Source: a virus
Lineage: Duplodnaviria > Heunggongvirae > Uroviricota > Caudoviricetes
IMG/VR virus record: IMGVR_UViG_2630968543_000005
Length of the DNA: 42,783 nucleotides
Direction: 5' to 3' (one strand)
The translations under genes were made by a program, and so were the position numbers. Below are positions 1 to 10,436 of the stretch, in pieces; the first letter of the stretch is position 1; every line of letters begins with the position of its first letter. The notes below the pieces were generated by a model that did not search any database, was not told the origin of the DNA, and saw nothing but the letters and a program-made list of their open reading frames with translations.

Positions 1-2946
1 TTAGTGCTTCCCTTCTATTAAGTCTAACCTAGCTTTTATCTTATCCATTTCTCTGCGCTGCCATGCCGCCTCGATATAGAATAAGAGATCAGGTCTGACC
101 CCCCATCTAGATCCTGCTGGCGTTATTTCAACGCGCTCAATGATGTCTTCCATTACCATCACTGGATTATCATCCTCATCAACAATGATGCTCCCGTCAT
201 TATCAGTCAGCGGCATTTCCCTTTGGCCAGTAATGACGTCATCATATACTGCGGGATAATCGTCATAGCAAAGAAAGGCATAGCAGCATGTTGTGCTTTC
301 TTCTTCCATGAGTCCGTGAGAAATAAGAACATCACGAAGTTGCTGCGCGATTACACCATGATGTATCCTCGCCCCTTCTTCCCCCTTTATAGCGACAGCG
401 TTCAGCCATTTATAAGCGATATACCTGACGTCACCCCAGGCATCCAGCAATGCTTCGTCAGGAGAGACCGGCTCTGTCTTTAATGTTCCGTCACTGGTAA
501 CCACAGGATTGGAGCCAAGATAAACTATCGAGAACCTGTTTCCCGGACCACCAAGAGCATTTACATTATCAAGATAAGGTTTAACATCTCCGTTCTCAAA
601 AAGATGTTCGAGTGCGTTATATACCGCGCGACGTGGAGTACTGCTTCTGGAACCATGCAACGTTATCATTGCACCATCTGCTGAAGACGTTGTTTCACCG
701 CCGCTAACGATTAATCTCTGAGCGGTAACATCATCAGACGGTACTTTCTTCGCAATAATGGCGTAATTACCCTCAAGTTTGACTTCCGCGCGAACTTGTC
801 CTGATGTACCTGCATGGACAGTCAGTGACTGGACGGCAACATCATCTGTGAAATCAACGGGTACAGGAACCGTCCTCACGCCTGACGTCGACATAAAAGT
901 AGGAAGCGTTCTGTTAGGAGTGGCTCCGTAGACAAAATCCCTTGAAACAAATTCTTCCTGTTTAATTTTCACCCTGAAACAATACAAATCAGCCGGGTGA
1001 CCATCGTGAACATAAGGATATTTTCTGTTGTTATCCCCTATGCTCCATGGGTTTAGAAAATCTTCCCCACCGAAAATGTAGTACAGCCAGTTGTCTTTGA
1101 TACAAACTGAACCAACACCAACCGCAGAGTTAACTATTCCGCCCTGATAAATCTGATCAGTAACATTAACCCACTCTACATTATCCAGACTCCACTCATT
1201 GACGTTAACTCTGGTCATAAATGTTCTTGGATAATTTCCTGCATAACGGTTATCAGGTTCTCCTCCTTCCCACTCACCAAATGCGCGCTCACTGCCAAAA
1301 ATAACCAGCTCATCGCCAACTTTGGCAAAAGGAAGGTTTGAGTGATGAACATTATTTGGGAAGCGAAGAGAATTCCATGATGTACCTAAATCAGAGCTTC
1401 TGTGCAATGAACTACCGGGTTGAGTACTTAATGTCCCCCTGGTCGTCAGATACAGAATGCCATCATAATATTTTACACATGGCTCAGATGCATTCGCCTC
1501 ATATTCTGCAGGTATGCGTCTGCGAACAAAGCTACCAGGAGAACCGAAAGCATCAGAGAAATAGAGTATCCCAAGCTCGCGTGGACCAATATCACCATTA
1601 TGGTAGCCAACAGCAAAACTGTTATCGCTAATCGTCGCAAAACTGTGAATCTCAGTAACAGGAGTGCTTCCGTCAACAAAAGAAGGAATAGTTCCAAGAC
1701 TGGTTTTTCTCCATGGTGACGAGTGAAATGATGTGCCAAAACTCCAGTATCTACCCTCGTTATTCTGATCCACATCCTGGGTATTTTGCGTCGTAACTGT
1801 AAAGGTATTTTTATCAATAACAGTAGTCACCGTCATATTCCCGGTAACATCTGTAACACCAGAGTTTGAGAAGTTGACAAAATCACCAGCAAATAATCCG
1901 TGATCAGTAATGCGAATATAAGCGACTTGCTGATTTGCTGCTTTCGTTATACCACCATAAACGCGAAGGCTGCGACTCATTGGGCGATCCCACAACTCTG
2001 CAACCTGCAGTTTATTTCCTCTCACGGTCCGCGTCTCAATTACAGCAAAAAGGCGATTTCTGACAACCCCCATACTCATGCAGTGATAGTTAACTGTGGG
2101 ATAGTTTTCATGTAAATCTGTAAGCCATTCCGGCGTTGTCCAGGTCTTCCCGTCATCTCCTGAGCGAACCCATGCAACATGGAGGTTATTTACACCATGG
2201 CGGTCTCCAGCCATAAAAGGCGCATAGATGACATTGTCATATACAAACGTTTTATCCTGCGTCCAAGCGTTGTACCACGGTGTATCTGTAATTTTAAATA
2301 ACTCTCCCTGGATAAAATCTTCAGAAGCATAAAAAAGAGGCTGACCCGGTATTCTCTCAAATAAAAAACGAGCATTTTTAAATCGACTGACATCTGGAAG
2401 AGTTGATACTTTAAAAGTAAGCCCTCGCCCATCTATCTTTTCACCACCTGTTGCAACAGAAAGTAATTCTGATAGAGCTGATGTATCATCATGAACACCA
2501 TCACCAATAGCCCCCCAACCTCTTACATCATAACTGTCTCTCCATCTTGCTATCTGAAGTTTTGGGTATTTATTCGCTCCATCTGGGTCTTCTAATTGCT
2601 GCCGTAGTTGATCAGGGTCATACTTCAGCACATTAGGAAAATAGAACTGCTGCGCACCATACGCATCATAAACAGCCATAGAATGGCCTTGCACGGTAAC
2701 GAACTTGGCAATCTGTCCGTTATATACCGGATATCCAGCAGCGTTAATGATGATTGGTTGCGAAACAGGAACGTGAGAGCCGTCTTCGTTCTCCACATAA
2801 GCCTGAATCTGGTTTTCAGGATTTACCGGGTCAGTGTCAATTTTACCGATATAAATTTTGCCATTGGCTACAGCTTTAAAAGAACGCGCCATAGTGAAGA
2901 GTTGCGAAGGCATGCTTACCACAACATTTGCGGTGATATCTGTCAT
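1..2946 (-). CDS. Tailspike protein: P22 gp9-type head-binding N-terminal domain, putative endosialidase catalytic region, C-terminal intramolecular chaperone domain
   Basis: 981-aa ORF; N-terminus [10 protein letters not shown]...[21 protein letters not shown] resembles P22 tailspike head-binding domain; two Asp-box motifs ([16 protein letters not shown]) typical of sialidase beta-propellers; C-terminal ~150 aa ([11 protein letters not shown]...) resembles autocleaving chaperone domain of endosialidases/tail fibres; TAA stop at 1-3; GGAG RBS upstream of ATG at 2946. Confidence 0.8.
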   Translation of the reverse strand: MTDITANVVVSMPSQLFTMARSFKAVANGKIYIGKIDTDPVNPENQIQAYVENEDGSHVPVSQPIIINAAGYPVYNGQIAKFVTVQGHSMAVYDAYGAQQFYFPNVLKYDPDQLRQQLEDPDGANKYPKLQIARWRDSYDVRGWGAIGDGVHDDTSALSELLSVATGGEKIDGRGLTFKVSTLPDVSRFKNARFLFERIPGQPLFYASEDFIQGELFKITDTPWYNAWTQDKTFVYDNVIYAPFMAGDRHGVNNLHVAWVRSGDDGKTWTTPEWLTDLHENYPTVNYHCMSMGVVRNRLFAVIETRTVRGNKLQVAELWDRPMSRSLRVYGGITKAANQQVAYIRITDHGLFAGDFVNFSNSGVTDVTGNMTVTTVIDKNTFTVTTQNTQDVDQNNEGRYWSFGTSFHSSPWRKTSLGTIPSFVDGSTPVTEIHSFATISDNSFAVGYHNGDIGPRELGILYFSDAFGSPGSFVRRRIPAEYEANASEPCVKYYDGILYLTTRGTLSTQPGSSLHRSSDLGTSWNSLRFPNNVHHSNLPFAKVGDELVIFGSERAFGEWEGGEPDNRYAGNYPRTFMTRVNVNEWSLDNVEWVNVTDQIYQGGIVNSAVGVGSVCIKDNWLYYIFGGEDFLNPWSIGDNNRKYPYVHDGHPADLYCFRVKIKQEEFVSRDFVYGATPNRTLPTFMSTSGVRTVPVPVDFTDDVAVQSLTVHAGTSGQVRAEVKLEGNYAIIAKKVPSDDVTAQRLIVSGGETTSSADGAMITLHGSRSSTPRRAVYNALEHLFENGDVKPYLDNVNALGGPGNRFSIVYLGSNPVVTSDGTLKTEPVSPDEALLDAWGDVRYIAYKWLNAVAIKGEEGARIHHGVIAQQLRDVLISHGLMEEESTTCCYAFLCYDDYPAVYDDVITGQREMPLTDNDGSIIVDEDDNPVMVMEDIIERVEITPAGSRWGVRPDLLFYIEAAWQRREMDKIKARLDLIEGKH

Positions 2947-3004
2947 TTAATTTGCTCCAGATACAAGGAATCGCCGCAGCGTAGCTACGGTGAATTTTGG
3001 GCAT

Positions 3005-3027
3005 AAAAAAACCCAGCCGAAGCTGGG
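3005..3027 (-). terminator. Rho-independent terminator candidate downstream of ant
   Basis: Minus-strand hairpin CCCAGC-TTCG-GCTGGG followed by 7 T. Confidence 0.5.
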
Positions 3028-3046
3028 TCGTTGCGTTGGTTATCTG

Positions 3047-3949
3047 TCAGTAGTTATGTACTGAAGGAGGTAATTTTTTATTCTTAAGTCTCATCCATGC
3101 GGAAAGATTCGTTGGTCCGTCTGGCTCATTGATATCAACATCTCGTGAGTGATTGATTAAAACGTCTCTCGCTATATCGATAATACGGGAGAACTCATAA
3201 CCGCAATCATGACATCTGCCGGAATAGTTCGATTGAATTTGTTTCAGCGCCGGATACAGTTCGCGGAATAATGCCTGTGAACGGTTGGCATAATCCCATA
3301 GCCATACAAGGCTGTTTGCTTCTTTTGCAGAAAGCTCGTTGGTTTTCTTCTCTTGTTTGCCGATGAACTCACCTTCAAGCACTACCCTGTGGATGTACTC
3401 TACGGCTTGCGGTATCTGAGATGCATCAAGCTCTTCAATACTTTCCACATTGAAACGCTGATGAATCATTGCATAAGCTTCTGGGTACATTAGATGCTTT
3501 TTGCTGACTAGCATATTTACAGCATCACGAAGCGGAGTCCTGTCATCAACAGATGTTTTCTTACGTGCATTTTCTGCCTTTCCCTTTGTCCAGTAGTCAT
3601 GCAGTACAGTAAAGCATTCTTCCTGGTACTGAATCAGTTTATCGCGGATGTCAGCTCGAACTTTCTCAGGGTTGATGCTGAACAGCCATCCATTTAACTT
3701 CTTCAAAGGAAGGCAGAGTAGCTTACGAAGCTTCCCATCAGCGGCAACCATATTCATATGAATACAGTTGAACTTATCTAGTTGTTTCATAAGTTTTTGT
3801 TGCTGAGTACCCCAACTCATTCCAAGGTTTTCAACGATTGGCTTCATCGCAACGTATGCAACTCCGGCAGCCATGGCGGTGATAATTTGCTGACCGTTGA
3901 ATGGTACGTAAGAGGTGTTCACTGCTTCTAAAATTGCTATACTATTCAT
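3047..3949 (-). CDS. ant: Antirepressor Ant (P22 immI type)
   Basis: ORF 3047-4015 trimmed to ATG at 3949 ([21 protein letters not shown]..., 300 aa) with GGAG RBS; position downstream of arc-like gene and upstream of tailspike as in P22. Confidence 0.7.
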   Translation of the reverse strand: MNSIAILEAVNTSYVPFNGQQIITAMAAGVAYVAMKPIVENLGMSWGTQQQKLMKQLDKFNCIHMNMVAADGKLRKLLCLPLKKLNGWLFSINPEKVRADIRDKLIQYQEECFTVLHDYWTKGKAENARKKTSVDDRTPLRDAVNMLVSKKHLMYPEAYAMIHQRFNVESIEELDASQIPQAVEYIHRVVLEGEFIGKQEKKTNELSAKEANSLVWLWDYANRSQALFRELYPALKQIQSNYSGRCHDCGYEFSRIIDIARDVLINHSRDVDINEPDGPTNLSAWMRLKNKKLPPSVHNY

Positions 3950-4011
3950 GTTGGTTTTTCTCCACGGATTTACTGACAACCGAAGCCCTGACTGTTCCCG
4001 CAGTTGGGGCT

Positions 4012-4233
4012 TCACTGTTTTTGTAAGTCACTGTAGCTATAAAGCCACTGACCACTCATTTTTGATTTGATTGACTCTACTGAATCACGGCAAGGAATAA
4101 TTCCACCTGACATCATTCTGATCTCCGTAAATTCACCACTCCTTATCGACTCAATGCCATTAACGTTAACTAAAGATTTACCTCTACCAAGTGCATTCTC
4201 ATAGCCAATCTCATCAACCTCGATAAACTTCAT
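4012..4233 (-). CDS. Hypothetical small protein between arc and ant
   Basis: 73-aa ORF, ATG overlaps arc stop (ATGA), GAGGGGA RBS; no recognisable family. Confidence 0.35.
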   Translation of the reverse strand: MKFIEVDEIGYENALGRGKSLVNVNGIESIRSGEFTEIRMMSGGIIPCRDSVESIKSKMSGQWLYSYSDLQKQ

Positions 4234-4382
4234 ACCGTTATCCCCTCTCTCTTCAGGCTGTCCAGCAATCGCTTAATCACTTCCGAGTTAAACGACCGGC
4301 ATTCTTCTTTGGCCTTTCCTGTAATCGCATCTTTTAGCGACTGAGGCATTCTCACCAAAATTCTGCTAACTTCTTTTTCCAT
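4230..4382 (-). CDS. arc: Arc-like ribbon-helix-helix repressor
   Basis: MEKEVSRILVRMPQSLKDAITGKAKEECRSFNSEVIKRLLDSLKREG resembles P22 Arc RHH fold (..GRSVNSEIYQRVMESFKKEG); alternative upstream ATG at 4418. Confidence 0.6.
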   Translation of the reverse strand: MEKEVSRILVRMPQSLKDAITGKAKEECRSFNSEVIKRLLDSLKREGITV

Positions 4383-4491
4383 ATCGCCACCACGTGAGTT
4401 ATTGTGAATCACAAACATATCACCGTGACTATATCAAGTCAAAATTTTTTTGAATACACTGTGATATCAATGTGATTATCACGGTGTAAGT
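4383..4491. promoter_or_regulatory. immI divergent promoter/operator region (Pant/Pmnt-like)
   Basis: Palindromes TGTGAATCACA (4404-4414), TATCACCGTGA (4418-4428), ACACTGTGATA..TATCACGGTGT (4456-4487) between divergent arc and mnt starts. Confidence 0.5.
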
Positions 4492-4746
4492 ATGACGAAG
4501 GTTAGAGACATAGCCCCATATAGCGTAAGAATGCCAGATAGCCTCAAGCGCGACCTGACCATAAGAGCATCGAAAAACGGACGCTCATTAAATTCAGAAA
4601 TAGTTATGATCTTGCAAGCTGCTATTGATGAAGAAAAATCACCAAGATCAATAGAAGGTTTTGCTCAACAAGAATCTGAAAAATTTAGGGAGGCTCTTCT
4701 TAAGACTCTCAGCAGCATGTACGGAGAAGATAAAAAACCCACCTGA
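4492..4746 (+). CDS. mnt: Mnt-like ribbon-helix-helix repressor
   Basis: 84 aa; ..RMPDSLKRDLTIRASKNGRSLNSEIVMILQAAI.. resembles P22 Mnt N-terminal RHH; divergent from arc as in P22. Confidence 0.6.
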   Translation: MTKVRDIAPYSVRMPDSLKRDLTIRASKNGRSLNSEIVMILQAAIDEEKSPRSIEGFAQQESEKFREALLKTLSSMYGEDKKPT

Positions 4747-4756
4747 CGGTGGGTTT
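4735..4756. terminator. Bidirectional rho-independent terminator between mnt and the 322-aa gene
   Basis: AAACCCACC-TGAC-GGTGGGTTT hairpin flanked by A-run upstream and T-rich tract downstream; mnt stop codon lies in the loop. Confidence 0.5.
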
Positions 4757-4761
4757 CATAA

Positions 4762-5730
4762 TTAGATTTCTGGTTTCATTCTTCCAAAAACCTTTTCTAT
4801 TCCTTTTTCGTATTCTTCTCTTGTCTCACTCATCGCTGCGACCCCAAGAAGCTTACCGATATGCTGACGCAAAGCCTTGACACCAATTTCAGAAAGGAAC
4901 AGATGCAACTTATCAGATTGTTTTCCGTTCTCGTCTCGGCTGGCTCGAATCTGTTCAAGGATTTTACCTTTACTCTTTGCTAGCGGGGTGTATATCTGCA
5001 TGTTGGTTAGCTGCCCAAAACGAATAGGCCGTCCTTTCTCTGGCCTATTCAGGCCGTACAATCGATACCACTCCTCGTATAACTCATCTGGAAATTCCTT
5101 TTCATATTGACGAGCCTCTTCACGAACAAACGCTTTGAACTCGTCAATGACAGCCTGAACTTCTGGACGATAACCAGCAAGCGCATACGCAACCCCCTTA
5201 ATTCCCGCCTTAGCGGAGGCATTAATAAGTCTCTGCGCTGCAGCCGCGGCCTTTAACCGTGATTGTGGTAGGTCGTCATTATCTTTTGCTTCTATTAGTG
5301 CCCTACCAATATCAACAATTGCTGTAATGTCATAACCTAACGCTTGATGAACGGTTTTAGACTTCGAAGTAAGTTGAAATTTATAGGGATTTTCCATTTT
5401 TCGCTGCAATTCTAGATCTCGGTATTTGCTCATATACTGAGCGCCAAGCAGTTGATCTAAATCCCTGGCATGTTCACCAATCCCTAACAACTGAGATAAT
5501 CCAGTTTTCGTAACAACAACAGTTTTCGACTCGTCATCCAGTACATAACATTCAGCATCAATGCCAAAATCATCTAAAAAGTTACCACGATGAGTTGCCC
5601 TGAGAATCTTACTTTTCCATCTTGCAGCCGCTGCTTTCTTTGCTATTTCAGAACGCTGCTCTTTAGTCAGCGACTTTGCGCGAGCGATCCCGCCCTTAGC
5701 TTTCCCTTCGCCACTTTTCTTTTCAGTCAT
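4762..5730 (-). CDS. Hypothetical 322-aa protein with basic N-terminal motif; accessory gene at the P22 sieA-equivalent position
   Basis: ORF 4762-5793 trimmed to ATG 5730 (MTEKKSGEGKAKGGIARAKSLTKEQRSEIAKKAAAARW...) with AAGGTG RBS; no transmembrane segment; not a recognisable virion protein. Confidence 0.55.
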   Translation of the reverse strand: MTEKKSGEGKAKGGIARAKSLTKEQRSEIAKKAAAARWKSKILRATHRGNFLDDFGIDAECYVLDDESKTVVVTKTGLSQLLGIGEHARDLDQLLGAQYMSKYRDLELQRKMENPYKFQLTSKSKTVHQALGYDITAIVDIGRALIEAKDNDDLPQSRLKAAAAAQRLINASAKAGIKGVAYALAGYRPEVQAVIDEFKAFVREEARQYEKEFPDELYEEWYRLYGLNRPEKGRPIRFGQLTNMQIYTPLAKSKGKILEQIRASRDENGKQSDKLHLFLSEIGVKALRQHIGKLLGVAAMSETREEYEKGIEKVFGRMKPEI

Positions 5731-5886
5731 AATGCAAGCACCTTTATTGTGTTGTATGCTTGCATTATATACACTGTACACACATACAAGCAAGCATAAA
5801 ACTAAAACAAAATGCTTGCATTACAACCGCGCTACTCCAACTACACATTATCATCTGGTATCCTGCTCAAAACTAAGGAGGTTGGT
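5731..5886. promoter_or_regulatory. Divergent intergenic region with four ATGC-N2-GCAT type palindromic repeats
   Basis: ATGCAAGCA 5732-5740, ATGCTTGCAT 5756-5765, AAGCAAGCAT 5788-5797, ATGCTTGCAT 5812-5821; RBS TAAGGAGG at 5874-5881. Confidence 0.4.
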
Positions 5887-6216
5887 GTGCTTGAATGGTT
5901 TCTGTTGGCTGCATTAGTCGTTTCTGGTTTGGTGTATGAGTATCGAATGCACTCTCTAACAAAAAAAATAGGAATTCTAGAAAACGAATATTGTGCTCTC
6001 AAATCCTCACTGGAACGTGAGCAAGGGGACTTAAAAATCTCTCTGTCTAGCATTGAGCGTTCTATAGAGAGCTTAGAGGATAAGGTTGATCGTATAAAGA
6101 ATGAGGATATTCATGATATTAAGGACGACATATCCTTCTTAAAATCTTGGTTGAAAAATGTTGGGAAAATTGCCACATCAACACGAGATAAGCTCAATCC
6201 ATCCATGGATGACTAA
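5887..6216 (+). CDS. Hypothetical membrane-anchored coiled-coil protein (109 aa)
   Basis: In-frame GTG at 5887 five nt after TAAGGAGG; N-terminal hydrophobic helix LEWFLLAALVVSGLVY then heptad-like charged region; stop abuts gp16-like stop back to back (TAATTA). Confidence 0.5.
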   Translation: MLEWFLLAALVVSGLVYEYRMHSLTKKIGILENEYCALKSSLEREQGDLKISLSSIERSIESLEDKVDRIKNEDIHDIKDDISFLKSWLKNVGKIATSTRDKLNPSMDD

Positions 6217-8385
6217 TTACTCCTGTGCCATTCCGCTTAGCGATGCCACAATTCCAGCTCTTGCTAAACGCTGGAACTCTTCGTTTCCTAGTGCCTCGCG
6301 TATTGCTTTTACGGCGGCCTTATTTGCCATAAATCTGCGTTCCGCCGCCGCTAATGCGCCATCACTTGCCCCAACCTTAACTGCCTTTGTTGCCTCTTGA
6401 ACAGCCTTTTCAATAGCGTAACGACCGCTTCTAGTTGCGGATAATTTCGCTATCGCTCCTTTTGCCATTGCATCAATTGCCCCACCTGCAGCGCCACCCG
6501 CTATTGCTCCAATAACGCCTCCTCCAGAGAACCCTGCGATAGTGCCAGTAGTTCTAAAAGCGCCAGACAATGCGCTCTCTAAAACTGGATGAAGGCCATT
6601 CTCAAGAGTGCTAATGGCTGGCATAGATCGCCCTGTCTGTTCAACATATCGAAGTGGCTTTGTTGCTGCTCGTGCAAGTTCTCCGTATGAACTTGTAATC
6701 CTGCCAAGTTCTGGAGAATATCGACTAATTGCCTTCACGTTTTGTGGGGTAAGAATAGTCGCGATATGCTTAATTCCAGCCTCTTCAGACTTACCTCCGC
6801 GTACCCCTTGCGACATTGCATCTTGTAATATTGATGCAATTGCTGGCGCGCGTTCCGACTCAGGTAGGGCGCTTATTATTTTATGGAACTGACCTGTTCC
6901 ACTTTTTGCTGAACCCTGTAACGCCTTAGATCCATTAGTTACCAACTGATCAGTTGCAAGGTCTCTACCAAACGCTGCTTCAGCCTGTTCTTGTGCTGTA
7001 AATCTTGCCTTTGACAGATCATTAGCTTTTTGCCAGTCATCAAGAAAACCGCCATTTTGAGCCATTATGCGCATATCTTCCGTTGCTGCATCACGAAGCT
7101 CAGCCATGCGCCTTGCCGTATTTGCCTCACCAGACCTTATATACTTCTGCTCTGCGTCAGCAAGTTTACTTCGCCATGCCTTCATGGCATCAAACGTGAT
7201 TCCTTTTTTACCAGTTTTAGCATAAGCAGATGCGAATTGTTTCATCTCAGGAGTTAGCGGCATGCCAGCCAAAATATCACCCTGAATTGTAGCGTTCAGG
7301 TTTGACATTCTGGCCTTTGCGTCAGGCATCGTGGAGCGGACGCTATCCCATGCGGCCTTTTCTGAATTTTTCATTTTATCAATACTTGCCAAAACCCTTT
7401 GTTTTATGGCTGCACTTTTTTCTGATGCAGTTCCTGCTTCAGCCCCAAATTCATCCAATGCTGAGTTAAATTTCGACTCTATTTCACTGAATGCTTTGGT
7501 GTGTGCATCCTGTGTAATTCCGGGCTTTGACGCCAGAATCCCCTCCGCCTGAGCAAGACCACGACTACCTGATCTCATGCCAGGAGTTAATGCGTTGATA
7601 TCTATTCCAGCAGTATCTGCTGCTTTTGCTATTTCGTCTGACACATTAGCTGACTGTCTGGCAATAATCTCTCTTCCTGTACCAGACTTTGCCATTTTCG
7701 AAACATCAGCAGCGGAATTTATTGCCCCGCCACCAAGAACTTGAGGTGATTTAGAGGTTAAGATCCTTCCAGCCCCAGAAAGTATCCCCTGAGCACCAAT
7801 ATTGATACCACCGTTAATGGCAGCATTTTGTGCAAAGTCGCCCTCCTGATTTGCAGCATCAGCAAGAGAACCTGCAATCATGTTTCCTGCGGAACCGATA
7901 TCTCCAGCGAGCTTTGCTGGCGCTCCAGCAGCTTTTGCCGCTGTGCCAATTGGCAGGAGATACCCACCAATTGTTTCACCGGCTTGCGCGTAAGGGTCTG
8001 TCGGTCGATCGACTGGACGATAGACATCATCCAAAACCTTGGGGCCACCAAGCCCCTGGCTGATTGCATTAATCAGACTTGCGCCACCCTGCAATACGTC
8101 AAATGGTATGTTTACCAGACCACGACCAGCCTGCTCTGCAATTTGCCCTGCACTTTGACCACCAGTGAGCCAATCGCCAGCTTGTTGCATCAATGATGGT
8201 TCTTCTTTCTGCTGCTGAGGTGGAGGGTATGCTGCATAAAACTGATCTCTTGCTTCAGCCCATTTGTCACCAGCCTTAGGGGCAACAACCTCATCAAAAT
8301 ATTGCGCTTGAGCCTGTGCTTTCTGTTCTTCAGTTAACGCCTGATACTGTGGAGAGGCGATAACATCTTTCCATGCTTTAGCCAT
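6217..8385 (-). CDS. Ejection/injection protein (P22 gp16-like, positional)
   Basis: 722-aa Ala/Gly/Gln-rich ORF last in the gp7-gp20-gp16 ejection-protein series. Confidence 0.6.
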   Translation of the reverse strand: MAKAWKDVIASPQYQALTEEQKAQAQAQYFDEVVAPKAGDKWAEARDQFYAAYPPPQQQKEEPSLMQQAGDWLTGGQSAGQIAEQAGRGLVNIPFDVLQGGASLINAISQGLGGPKVLDDVYRPVDRPTDPYAQAGETIGGYLLPIGTAAKAAGAPAKLAGDIGSAGNMIAGSLADAANQEGDFAQNAAINGGINIGAQGILSGAGRILTSKSPQVLGGGAINSAADVSKMAKSGTGREIIARQSANVSDEIAKAADTAGIDINALTPGMRSGSRGLAQAEGILASKPGITQDAHTKAFSEIESKFNSALDEFGAEAGTASEKSAAIKQRVLASIDKMKNSEKAAWDSVRSTMPDAKARMSNLNATIQGDILAGMPLTPEMKQFASAYAKTGKKGITFDAMKAWRSKLADAEQKYIRSGEANTARRMAELRDAATEDMRIMAQNGGFLDDWQKANDLSKARFTAQEQAEAAFGRDLATDQLVTNGSKALQGSAKSGTGQFHKIISALPESERAPAIASILQDAMSQGVRGGKSEEAGIKHIATILTPQNVKAISRYSPELGRITSSYGELARAATKPLRYVEQTGRSMPAISTLENGLHPVLESALSGAFRTTGTIAGFSGGGVIGAIAGGAAGGAIDAMAKGAIAKLSATRSGRYAIEKAVQEATKAVKVGASDGALAAAERRFMANKAAVKAIREALGNEEFQRLARAGIVASLSGMAQE

Positions 8386-9734
8386 TAATCACCCCATAAA
8401 GACGAGAAACCGGACTTATTGCTGTCGCTTCCTGATTTTCGCTCACTAACATATGTGTCATAACCTGATGAACTATATCCCATTGATTCAGCCTCCCTTG
8501 CTGCAACCTTTTGAAATACAGAATATTGCGATCGGATTTCAGATAACTGTTTTCTGACGACCTCTTCAGGCTGTGTTATATCGAGTTTCGCGATCAGGTT
8601 TTCCAGTTTTTGGCCTTCAGCATTGGAGAGGCTACCCATACCTCGCATAGTCTGCACGTTCTGGACAAACGCCCCCGACTTTAATTCTTCTATCGCATTA
8701 CGGTTTGCAAGCCCTTCAGCACTTGTGAAGCCATCTATATTTCTTCCTTCGAAGCGACCAATACCTTCAAGCTCCTTCTTACCAAGCAAAGAATCAATTT
8801 TCTCTATCCCTCGCTCACCAGTAATTAACGCATTGTTGTAATTATTGTTGCCATCAAGCCATCTCTTAGCCTGAGACATTCTGGCTGACGTTGCAGCTTT
8901 ACCGGTTAGCGGATCAATTCCCGTCGCTGCTATCTGTGAGTTAAGAGACAAAACATCCATATCCTGAAGTTGTCCTGCTCTTTCAAGGGCCGCCTGTGAC
9001 TGCTTAAACACATACTTGTCGTGATTCAGTCTTGCCATTTGAGCCTTATAGGAAAGATCCTGACCCCTAATAGCCCTCGCATTCGTCATGTCATTATTGC
9101 GAATGGTTTCGTTAATTCTTTGCTGCTCCTGCTGGCGACCAACCATCTTGTCCTGAACAGCAAACGCCTTTTCTGGCCCAAGCGCACCGAGAGACATCGT
9201 AGTCAGCATGTGTGATAGCTGCTCTGGATTCTGGATACCTGTCTGAATCATCCAGTCAGCATTCGTCCCCACGCGATTTAACCTGTCCTTGTTGTCAGTA
9301 ATGAATTTACTGTAGGCTTCCGGTCCCTGAGAAAGAGCGACGTTAGCCCTCATGGCTAAATCGCCCATATCGTTGCGTTGCTGCTCATTAAGACCGGAAA
9401 ACGCCTGTTGTGCCTGTGCAACAAACGCTGGATTTTCCTGGGCAAACTTAAATAGTCCCGATGGATCACCAGAAGCCCATGCATCAGCGTGAACCTTATT
9501 GAACGCACTAATCGCTTTCTGTTGCTGCTCCTGCTTATAAATATCAGCAACTCCAGCCAGACCACGTAACGCGGTCAGACCAACGTTATTTGCACCTGAT
9601 CGAGCCAGTTCATTGTTTTCGCGGATCAGACCAAGCGTTGCGTTAATGTCGCTTGCCTTTGGCGCATTCTCATTTTGCGTACCGATGCCAGCCAGAAAAC
9701 CACCAGAATTAATACCCTGTTGCCAAGTAGCCAT
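8385..9734 (-). CDS. Ejection protein (P22 gp20-like)
   Basis: 449-aa ORF, position and size consistent with P22 gene 20. Confidence 0.6.
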   Translation of the reverse strand: MATWQQGINSGGFLAGIGTQNENAPKASDINATLGLIRENNELARSGANNVGLTALRGLAGVADIYKQEQQQKAISAFNKVHADAWASGDPSGLFKFAQENPAFVAQAQQAFSGLNEQQRNDMGDLAMRANVALSQGPEAYSKFITDNKDRLNRVGTNADWMIQTGIQNPEQLSHMLTTMSLGALGPEKAFAVQDKMVGRQQEQQRINETIRNNDMTNARAIRGQDLSYKAQMARLNHDKYVFKQSQAALERAGQLQDMDVLSLNSQIAATGIDPLTGKAATSARMSQAKRWLDGNNNYNNALITGERGIEKIDSLLGKKELEGIGRFEGRNIDGFTSAEGLANRNAIEELKSGAFVQNVQTMRGMGSLSNAEGQKLENLIAKLDITQPEEVVRKQLSEIRSQYSVFQKVAAREAESMGYSSSGYDTYVSERKSGSDSNKSGFSSLWGD

Positions 9735-9744
9735 TGATTACCCC

Positions 9745-10434
9745 TTAAAACAGTGAACCAAGCAGACCAAGACCAGCACCAATACCAGCCCCCCACGGAG
9801 TTGATAGCTCGAGAGCACTGGCTATGCCACCACCCAAAAGCGCACCGGATGCAGCACCACTAACACCCTGCCGCAATGCTGACGGTCGGTTGGCGTTTGC
9901 CGCTGCAAGAGCCGCGCTTTGCTGTGAAATCTGGCTCATGTTGTTGGCATATGTCTGCCCGGCGTTTGCCTGCCCCTGAAGAGCGCCAAGACCGATATTT
10001 GCCAGGTTGTTGTAATTGTTCATTTGTCCAGATAGCCATTGCTGACCAAGCGTTGGTGCGATTGTTGCTAACTGATTACTGGTTGCGGTGGAACCCAATC
10101 CACCTGTTGCTTCCGCTGCCGCCAGACTCTGATAGCGAGCCTGACCAGCAAGATCTTTGTACTGCTGAGAGTTGTAATACTGGTTAAGTGCCTGACCTTG
10201 CCCTTCCAGAGACGATAAGTTCTCAAGGCTGCCGACATACTTCCCAGCCAGAGGAGTAAACGGCTTCAGGTTGTTCATGATGGTATTGAACTGCTGATTT
10301 TGCAGGTCTGCGGCATACTTCTGAGCTTCTGCGGCATACTTTGCACTTTTATCAGAGCCACCTTTCCCGCCTTTTTCAGGGCAATAAGGTTCCTCGCCGC
10401 GCAGTTTTCTGCCCAGCTTAAATGCATATAACAT
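9745..10434 (-). CDS. Ejection protein (P22 gp7-like)
   Basis: 229 aa, same length as P22 gp7, Gly/Ala-rich hydrophobic C-terminus, position. Confidence 0.6.
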   Translation of the reverse strand: MLYAFKLGRKLRGEEPYCPEKGGKGGSDKSAKYAAEAQKYAADLQNQQFNTIMNNLKPFTPLAGKYVGSLENLSSLEGQGQALNQYYNSQQYKDLAGQARYQSLAAAEATGGLGSTATSNQLATIAPTLGQQWLSGQMNNYNNLANIGLGALQGQANAGQTYANNMSQISQQSAALAAANANRPSALRQGVSGAASGALLGGGIASALELSTPWGAGIGAGLGLLGSLF

Positions 10435-10436
10435 GG

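Noticed and set aside
223-2432. Short ORFs in the track inside or antisense to the tailspike gene (223-483, 1338-1631, 1473-1817, 1900-2115, 2190-2432).
   Set aside because: Fully nested in a 981-aa gene with clear domain structure; low-complexity translations; no RBS context.
2608-3006. 132-aa plus-strand ORF overlapping the tailspike 5' end.
   Set aside because: Antisense to the tailspike N-terminal coding region and running into the ant terminator; Arg/Ser/Ile-rich nonsense-like translation.
5812-5886. ATG at 5812 as the start of the 134-aa ORF.
   Set aside because: It would place the start inside the palindrome-rich promoter region; the in-frame GTG at 5887 sits 5 nt after TAAGGAGG and starts at the hydrophobic helix.
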